Shown in pieces: positions 25,339 through 30,945 of a stretch of 30,945 nucleotides of DNA. Position 1 is the first letter of the stretch; every line of letters begins with the position of its first letter. Origin of the DNA: Alphaproteobacteria bacterium (GTDB lineage Bacteria; Pseudomonadota; Alphaproteobacteria; Micropepsales; Micropepsaceae). The notes beneath the pieces are model-generated. The model saw nothing but the letters and a program-made list of their open reading frames with translations, searched no databases and was not told the DNA's origin. Location: positions 1 to 30,945 of the forward strand of contig JANNEL010000037.1 in the NCBI GenBank assembly GCA_031378595.1. The letters are read 5' to 3'. Both the position numbers and the translations under genes were made by a program.

Positions 25339-26490
25339 CTAGAGTTTCGCTTGCGTGGTGGGCTTTGTTACGGCCCCTTCGATCGTCACCGGAACGCCGT
25401 CGGCAAGTTGCGACAGGTTCGGACCGGTCAGGAGTTCGGTGCCTTCCGGCACGTTGCTTAAGAGTTCGACGCGTTCGCCGTCGATCTCGCGGGTCGAGAG
25501 GGCGATTTTCTTCGCGCGGCCGTTTTGCGCAGTGAATGCGTAGCGCGAACCGTCGGGGCCGAGGATCGCTTTGCGGTCGACCACCAGCGCCTTGCGCGCG
25601 GCAGGGATCAGTTCGACCCGACAATAGAGGCCAGGGAGAATTTTGTAGTCCGGATTGGGCAGTGCCATGCGGACTTCGACGCTGCGCGACTTGTAGTCGA
25701 TACCGTAGTTGATCACAGCGACCTTTGCTTCGAATGGCTTGGAGATGCCGTCGACGTGGATGCGACCGGTCATGCCTTCTTTCAGCTGTTCGAAATACGC
25801 CGCCGGCGCCACGACGATGACCGCAAGCGGGTCGATACCCATGATCTGCACAACGCCGGCGGCACCGCCCATCGCACCACCGCCGCCGAAGCGCGTGGCC
25901 ATGAAGCGGCCTTCGTAGACGTCTTTTTTGGAGATCACCCCGTCGTAGGGTGCGCGGACGAGCGTGTCTTTCAGCTGTTGACGGCCTTGCGCCAAGCGCG
26001 CTTCCCAGATGCCGAGCTGGGCTGCGGCCACGTCGGCGTTTGTCTTTGTGGTGTCCATGCGCGACTGGCTGACCCAGCCGCCGCCTTTGAGCGAGTCTTG
26101 GCGTTTGAGATCGGCCTGGGCGTTGCGCAGTTGCGCGCGTGCGAGTGCGACCTGCTTTTCTTGCTCTTGCACGACGAGACGGATGTCGACGTCGCGGGTG
26201 CGGAAGAGCGGGTCGCCCTTTTTTACCTTGCTGCCGACGCCGACCATGACCTCATCGATAATGCCGTCGACGGTGGGTCCGATATCGGTTTGACGCGAAG
26301 GGGTCAGCGAGCCGGTGGCCATGATCGGGACGGCGACATCGGCCTTCGTGACCTTCACGGTCGAGACCGTTACCCCGACTGGGGCGGCTGTCTTTTGCTG
26401 GTCCTCGGCTTCTGTGGGCTTTCCGCAGGCGGCGAGGCCCAAGGCGAGCACGGTCAGAACGGCGGCGGCGAAAGGCCGGTGTGCGATCAT
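25339..26490 (-). CDS. RND periplasmic adaptor (membrane fusion protein), lipoprotein
   Basis: Lipobox LAAC, GSKVKKGDPLF, coiled coil, VRAPYDGVI, LPGLY. Confidence 0.92.
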   Translation of the reverse strand: MIAHRPFAAAVLTVLALGLAACGKPTEAEDQQKTAAPVGVTVSTVKVTKADVAVPIMATGSLTPSRQTDIGPTVDGIIDEVMVGVGSKVKKGDPLFRTRDVDIRLVVQEQEKQVALARAQLRNAQADLKRQDSLKGGGWVSQSRMDTTKTNADVAAAQLGIWEARLAQGRQQLKDTLVRAPYDGVISKKDVYEGRFMATRFGGGGAMGGAAGVVQIMGIDPLAVIVVAPAAYFEQLKEGMTGRIHVDGISKPFEAKVAVINYGIDYKSRSVEVRMALPNPDYKILPGLYCRVELIPAARKALVVDRKAILGPDGSRYAFTAQNGRAKKIALSTREIDGERVELLSNVPEGTELLTGPNLSQLADGVPVTIEGAVTKPTTQAKL

Positions 26491-26500
26491 AGCGCGGCGT

Positions 26501-26571
26501 TACCTGTTGACGTCAGGAATTAGTATACGAGATTACTATATGCTACGATACCAATTCCTGAACAGCAGGTA
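26501..26571. promoter_or_regulatory. Symmetric inverted repeat in the divergent MFP/MarR promoter region (candidate MarR operator)
   Basis: TCAGGAATT (26513-26521)/AATTCCTGA (26553-26561), with outer TACCTG.../...CAGGTA arms. Confidence 0.55.
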
Positions 26572-26579
26572 GCACGCCT

Positions 26580-27119
26580 TTGAGTGAGACATTTTCGACC
26601 GCAGCACGGGGCAAAGCCGCGCGGAAGTCCGTGGCTGCCGCAAAATCCGTGCGGCGGACGGAAAATGAGCGGCTAAAGATCGAGATGGAGGTCGAGCACA
26701 CGCTTGGCTGGCTGTTCCCCGATATTCATCGCCTCTTAAGCAAAGACTTCGAAAGCCGGTTCGTCGGGCTTGGCCTCACGCGCGCGCAGTGGCGGGTGCT
26801 GTTCACGATCGACCGCGCCGGCGTTCCGTTGACCCAAACCGAAATCGCCGACTTGACGGAGATCGAGAAAGCCCCCCTCGGCAAAACGCTCGACCGGTTA
26901 GAGCAAGGCGGGTGGATTGTACGCAAGTCCGATCCGAGAGATCGCCGGGCGCGCCGGGTTTCCGTTACGGCAAAAATCGAGAAGGCATTTCCACTCGCCG
27001 CTGCGGCTGCGAAGGGAACATTTGCGCGTGCGCTGCAAGGTATGCGACAGAGTGAGGTGAAGGAATTGATTGCGAAGCTTGAAAAGCTGAAACGCAATCT
27101 CGGCGGCGCCGACGACTAG
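26580..27119 (+). CDS. MarR/SlyA-family transcriptional regulator
   Basis: LTRAQWRVL, LTQTEIAD, LDRLEQGGWIVRKSDPRDRRARRV. TTG start uncertain. Confidence 0.9.
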   Translation: MSETFSTAARGKAARKSVAAAKSVRRTENERLKIEMEVEHTLGWLFPDIHRLLSKDFESRFVGLGLTRAQWRVLFTIDRAGVPLTQTEIADLTEIEKAPLGKTLDRLEQGGWIVRKSDPRDRRARRVSVTAKIEKAFPLAAAAAKGTFARALQGMRQSEVKELIAKLEKLKRNLGGADD

Positions 27120-27163
27120 GTGCCTTGCGCCGCCCCGAACCAAGTTCAACCTTGAGGGCCGCG

Positions 27164-28291
27164 ATGAATTTCGATTTCTCAGACGACCAGAAGATGCTGA
27201 AGGATCAGGCGCGCAAGTTCCTGACGGAAAAATGCTCGACGAAAGTCGTGCGTAAGATCCTGGAAGGCGACGAGCCGTACGACAAGGCGCTGTGGAAGCA
27301 GATCGCCGAGATGGGTTGGCTGGGCACTGCGATCCCGGAAGAATACGGCGGCTTGGGCCTTGGGCATCTTGAGCTTTGTGTGATTGCGGAAGAGTTGGGC
27401 CGCGTGGTTGCGCCGGTTCCGTTCGCGTCATCCGCTTATCTTGCGACCGAAGCACTGTTGATCGCTGGAAGCGACGCGCAAAAAAAGAAGTATCTGCCGA
27501 AGCTCGCGAGCGGCGAATGGATCGGTACGTTCGCGATCGCCGAGGGACCGCAGCCGCCAAGCCCGAAAACGCTCAAGGCGTCTTTGAAGGGGGGCAAGCT
27601 CGACGGCACAAAAAGCCCGGTGCCGGACGGCGATGTCGCAGATTTTGCCGTTGTGCTTGCCAAGACCGCCGAGGGGCAGGGCGAGCGTACACTGTCGCTC
27701 GCGATCGTCGATCTGAAGGGTTCGGGCGTTTCGCGCCGCACGGTGAAGACCGTCGATCCCTCGCGTAGCCAAGCGGAGCTTTCGTTCAAGGGTGCAACCG
27801 CCGAGGCGCTTGGGCCGGCCGGCGACGGATGGGACCTTGCGAAGCGCGTGCTGGACCGCGCGGCCGTGCTGATGGCGTTCGAGCAGGTTGGCGGCGCGGA
27901 TGCGTGCCTGGTGATGGCGAAGGACTATGCGCTGAACCGTTACGCATTCGGACGCACGATCGCTTCGTTCCAGGCGATCAAGCATAAGCTTGCCGACATG
28001 TACGTCATGAACGAACTCGCTCGCTCAAACGCCTATTTCGGCGCGTGGGCGCTCTCGACGAATGCGTCGGATTTGCCTGAGGCGGCGGCCGGCGCGCGGA
28101 TCAGTGCGACGGATGCGTTCCACAATGCCTCGAAAGAGAACATCCAGACGCATGGCGGCATGGGCTTCACGTGGGAGCTCGACTGTCACCTCTATTACAG
28201 GCGTTCGAAGATGCTGAGCTTGGCGCTCGGCGCATCGCGGGTGTGGAAGGACCGATTGGTCAACCACCTCGAGAAGAAGAACGTCGCTTAA
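27164..28291 (+). CDS. Acyl-CoA dehydrogenase family protein (short, PimD/FadE27-like partner subunit)
   Basis: MNFDFSDDQ, IPEEYGGLG, RYAFGRTIASFQAIKHKLADM, QTHGGMGFTWE; lacks the C-terminal GGTxE motif. Confidence 0.9.
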   Translation: MNFDFSDDQKMLKDQARKFLTEKCSTKVVRKILEGDEPYDKALWKQIAEMGWLGTAIPEEYGGLGLGHLELCVIAEELGRVVAPVPFASSAYLATEALLIAGSDAQKKKYLPKLASGEWIGTFAIAEGPQPPSPKTLKASLKGGKLDGTKSPVPDGDVADFAVVLAKTAEGQGERTLSLAIVDLKGSGVSRRTVKTVDPSRSQAELSFKGATAEALGPAGDGWDLAKRVLDRAAVLMAFEQVGGADACLVMAKDYALNRYAFGRTIASFQAIKHKLADMYVMNELARSNAYFGAWALSTNASDLPEAAAGARISATDAFHNASKENIQTHGGMGFTWELDCHLYYRRSKMLSLALGASRVWKDRLVNHLEKKNVA

Positions 28292-28320
28292 TCGTCATTC
28301 GAACCGAAAGACACGATCCC

Positions 28321-29565
28321 ATGGATTTCAACGACACCGCTCAAGAAGCCGCTTTCCGCGCCGAAGTGCGCAGCTGGCTGGAGGCGAATGCGAAGCCGAA
28401 GACTGCCGTTGGCTTTTCGGCCGAGAACCCCCGCTTTCAACGCAATGAGCAGGAAGCTCTGAAGATTGCCAAGGCTTGGCAGGCGAAGAAGGCCGAGAAG
28501 CGTTATGCGCGCATCACGTGGCCGAAGGAGAACGGTGGCCTTGGCGGCACACCGATGCAGCAGGTGGTGTACAACCAAGAAGAGTCCAAGTTCGACGTGC
28601 CGTCGGGGTTCTTCGAAATCGGTCTCGGCATGTGCATCCCGACCGTCACGCACTATGCGTCGAAAGACGTTGCGGCGCGGTATGTGAAGCCTGCGCTTTA
28701 TGGTGAAGAGATTTGGTGTCAATTGTTCTCCGAACCGTCAGCCGGCTCCGACGTCGCGGGCTTGCGCACGCGTGCGGAGAAGGATGGCGACGACTGGATC
28801 ATCAATGGGCAGAAGATCTGGACGTCGGGTGCGCACTATTCGGACTACGGCATCTTGCTCACGCGGACGGACCCGAACGTGCCGAAGCACAAGGGCCTGA
28901 CGATGTTCTATCTCTCGATGAAGGCGCCGGGCGTGGAAGTGCGGCCGATCAAGCAGATGTCGGGCGGGGCGAACTTCAACGAAGTGTTCTTCACGAACGT
29001 GCGCATTCCGGATGCGCAGCGCTTGGGCAATGTGGGCGACGGCTGGTCGGTCGCGCTGACGACGCTCATGCATGAGCGTCTGGCGGTCGGTGGCGGGCAG
29101 GGTGGTTCGGGTGCGGATATCAACGAACTTCTGTCGCTTGCGCGCGAGACGGAGCTCGAAGACGGGCCTGCGATCCGCAACGCTTCTGTGCGCGAGCGCA
29201 TCGCGGAGTGGTATGTGCGCGGTCAGGGCTTGAAGTACACGACCTATCGCACGCTTACCGCGCTTAGCCAGGGCCGCGTTCCGGGGCCGGAGGCTTCAAT
29301 CGCGAAGGTGGTCGTTGCACCGAAGATGCAAGACCTCGCTTCGTTCGCGATGGATCTTGAGGATATGGGCGGCGTGATGACGGGCGAGGATTCGCCGATG
29401 ATGGGCGCGTTCCAGCAATCGTTCATGTGGGCGCCAGGCCTACGTATTGCCGGCGGCACGGACGAGATCTTGAAGAACATCATCGCGGAACGGGTGCTGG
29501 GCTTGCCGGCCGACATCCGTGTCGACAAGGATATCCCGTACAACAAGCTTCCGACGGGTCGCTGA
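28321..29565 (+). CDS. Acyl-CoA dehydrogenase family protein (PimC/FadE26-like, retains GGTDE)
   Basis: WCQLFSEPSAGSDVAGL, INGQKIWTS, FNEVFFTNVRIP, TLMHER, RIAGGTDEILKNIIAERVLGLP. Confidence 0.92.
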   Translation: MDFNDTAQEAAFRAEVRSWLEANAKPKTAVGFSAENPRFQRNEQEALKIAKAWQAKKAEKRYARITWPKENGGLGGTPMQQVVYNQEESKFDVPSGFFEIGLGMCIPTVTHYASKDVAARYVKPALYGEEIWCQLFSEPSAGSDVAGLRTRAEKDGDDWIINGQKIWTSGAHYSDYGILLTRTDPNVPKHKGLTMFYLSMKAPGVEVRPIKQMSGGANFNEVFFTNVRIPDAQRLGNVGDGWSVALTTLMHERLAVGGGQGGSGADINELLSLARETELEDGPAIRNASVRERIAEWYVRGQGLKYTTYRTLTALSQGRVPGPEASIAKVVVAPKMQDLASFAMDLEDMGGVMTGEDSPMMGAFQQSFMWAPGLRIAGGTDEILKNIIAERVLGLPADIRVDKDIPYNKLPTGR

Positions 29566-29574
29566 TCGCATCGA

Positions 29575-29595
29575 TGGCCCGTTCAAAGCGGGCCA
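29575..29595. terminator. Hairpin between convergent genes (possible terminator, weak U-tracts)
   Basis: TGGCCCG-ttcaaag-CGGGCCA. Confidence 0.5.
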
Positions 29596-29599
29596 CTTG

Positions 29600-29845
29600 C
29601 TAATCGGCTTCGGTGATTAGCTTCATGAAATCGCGGTTGATAAACGTCAGCGCGCCCGCGTTGGTGCGCATCGGCAAGAACTGACGGCTGCCGTCGTTCA
29701 GCAGGTCCTGCAGTCGCTGGCCGGTTTTGAACACGTAGAGTTCGCCGCTCAATACGGTGCCGTCCGTCAAATGAACAGTTGCTGGAACGCCTTCTTTCGT
29801 GGCGCGCGTGCCGTTCAATGTCGTCGATGTGTTGAAGGTCTTCAT
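29600..29845 (-). CDS. Small hypothetical protein (81 aa), DUF6812-like pattern
   Basis: RBS-like AGGGGGAAG before ATG 29845; VHLTDGTVLSG...RLQDLLN...FLP...INRD. The ORF-track extension to 30181 overlaps the next gene and is rejected. Confidence 0.7.
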   Translation of the reverse strand: MKTFNTSTTLNGTRATKEGVPATVHLTDGTVLSGELYVFKTGQRLQDLLNDGSRQFLPMRTNAGALTFINRDFMKLITEAD

Positions 29846-29912
29846 TGCTTCCCCCTGGGCCTGAAGCGGAGGAGCATTTTGCCGGCTGCGCGTTAAGATT
29901 TGTTGACCGGCA

Positions 29913-30509
29913 CTATTTCGCGGAAAGCCAGCCCTTGCGGCTGCCGTCGAGTTCGATCGCGAACGTGTTGTTGCGCAAGTTGCAGTCGCCGTAGCGCGTG
30001 TTGACGATCTCACCCCCCAGCTTTTTGTATTGGATTGCCAGCGTGTAGACACGGCGGAACTTGCCCTTTTCGACGTCCGCGACGGGGGCGGCGAACTCGA
30101 ACCTGATCGCGACGCCGCTGTGTTGTGCGATGCGATCGAAGGGAACGCTCGCGACGACGCGGCCCTTCTTGCCGGCAACAAGATCGTCTTCGATGACGAC
30201 CGCGGCCTGTTCGCCCGGTTTGCCCATGAACGGCTGGTCGCCGATGTTTCGTGCGCGCATGACGAACGGCCAGTGGAAGATGCCGTCGCTCGTAACCCAA
30301 GCGCTCAAACGCTGCACACGCGTGGCGCCTGCGGGAGGACGTTGCGAGATATCAACCTCGAGGAACCGGTCGGCCGCCGGGTCCGCGCACGGCGGAACAA
30401 GCGGTTCGAGTTGAGGCAGCACGACGTTGCTTGGAATCTTGAGCTCGGCGCCATGGGCGCTCGCCCAGCCAAGTGCGATTGCCGATCCCAAAAGCCCTAG
30501 ATACTTCAT
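29913..30509 (-). CDS. Secreted hypothetical protein (198 aa), possible CARDB/Ig-like fold
   Basis: ATG 30509 overlaps the pcp stop (ATGA); signal peptide MKYLGLLGSAIALGWASAHG; ARNIGD and GDCNLRNN motifs. Confidence 0.7.
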   Translation of the reverse strand: MKYLGLLGSAIALGWASAHGAELKIPSNVVLPQLEPLVPPCADPAADRFLEVDISQRPPAGATRVQRLSAWVTSDGIFHWPFVMRARNIGDQPFMGKPGEQAAVVIEDDLVAGKKGRVVASVPFDRIAQHSGVAIRFEFAAPVADVEKGKFRRVYTLAIQYKKLGGEIVNTRYGDCNLRNNTFAIELDGSRKGWLSAK

Positions 30510-30945
30510 GCGACGACCCTCGACCTTTCCTGTAAGACACCGACGCATGTTTCGACCACGATCTTCATCGCAGCGATCAGTTGCGTCTCCGTCAACGTGG
30601 AGGCGTGTGGCACATTGTGGCCCTGGGCTGCAAGGCGTGCCACCTGCGTATCCAGGTAGGGGACGTGGACGAAGCCCACGATTTGGGGGCCACCGCGTTC
30701 TGCGCGTTCGACGAGCCGGTAGAACGTGAGATTGCAAAGGTAGTCGCCGGCATTGTCCGACGGACTGACCGGGATGCCGGCCTTTGCGAGTGCGATTGAG
30801 ATGTCGTCGATCGGCAGACGGGATGCGTAGGTGTCAGGACCAGCGTCGACCACACACTCTCCAGCTGCGCAGATGCCCGTATGGTCGGGGCGGTCGACTG
30901 CGACCGTATTGCGGGCCACGGACTCGAGCGTGACGCCGGTCGCCT
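30506..30945 (-). CDS. pcp: Pyroglutamyl-peptidase I (C15), 5'-truncated by window edge
   Basis: VTLESVARN (catalytic Glu), SDNAGDYLCN (Cys), GFVHVPY (His); the frame stays open to the right edge. Confidence 0.88.
   Translation of the reverse strand, partial: ATGVTLESVARNTVAVDRPDHTGICAAGECVVDAGPDTYASRLPIDDISIALAKAGIPVSPSDNAGDYLCNLTFYRLVERAERGGPQIVGFVHVPYLDTQVARLAAQGHNVPHASTLTETQLIAAMKIVVETCVGVLQERSRVVA

Noticed and set aside
22768-26523. Long + strand ORFs (22768-23910, 24230-25021, 25525-26523)
   Set aside because: Antisense shadows of the RND and MFP genes.
1-30945. Three peptidases (M32, PepN, Pcp) as one proteolytic system; mobile or horizontally acquired island
   Set aside because: They are 15-30 kb apart in unrelated operons. 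No integrase, transposase, tRNA or obvious compositional shift was seen by eye.

Overview
GC-rich chromosomal window from an alphaproteobacterium (pleC-like kinase next to pepN, a TTAA-N7-TTAA CtrA-type box, compact overlapping genes). It holds about 27 genes and no recognisable mobile element, tRNA/rRNA or CRISPR array. Left to right: a >684-aa minus-strand gene that the ORF track missed because it runs off the left edge, fusing a circularly permuted ATP-grasp ligase to an M32 carboxypeptidase; a paraoxonase-like beta-propeller; an alpha/beta hydrolase; murJ; two uncharacterised membrane proteins; a structured 430-bp intergenic region (candidate sRNA); a ThDP-dependent acetolactate-synthase-like enzyme; a hypothetical protein; mtnB-mtnD-mtnC; an orphan PotD/PotF-like binding protein; a small membrane-anchored DPAA-repeat protein; a PuuA-like glutamine-synthetase-fold protein missing most catalytic residues; pleC; pepN; an ICL/PEP-mutase-family protein; a hypothetical protein behind a CtrA-type box; an RND pump plus MFP divergent from a MarR regulator and two acyl-CoA dehydrogenases; two small hypothetical proteins; and a partial pyroglutamyl peptidase I. 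Best novelty candidates: the ATP-grasp/M32 fusion (possible peptide-bond writer/eraser), the GS-fold pseudoenzyme, and the candidate sRNA. All calls come from manual translation and recalled family motifs; no database searches were run.
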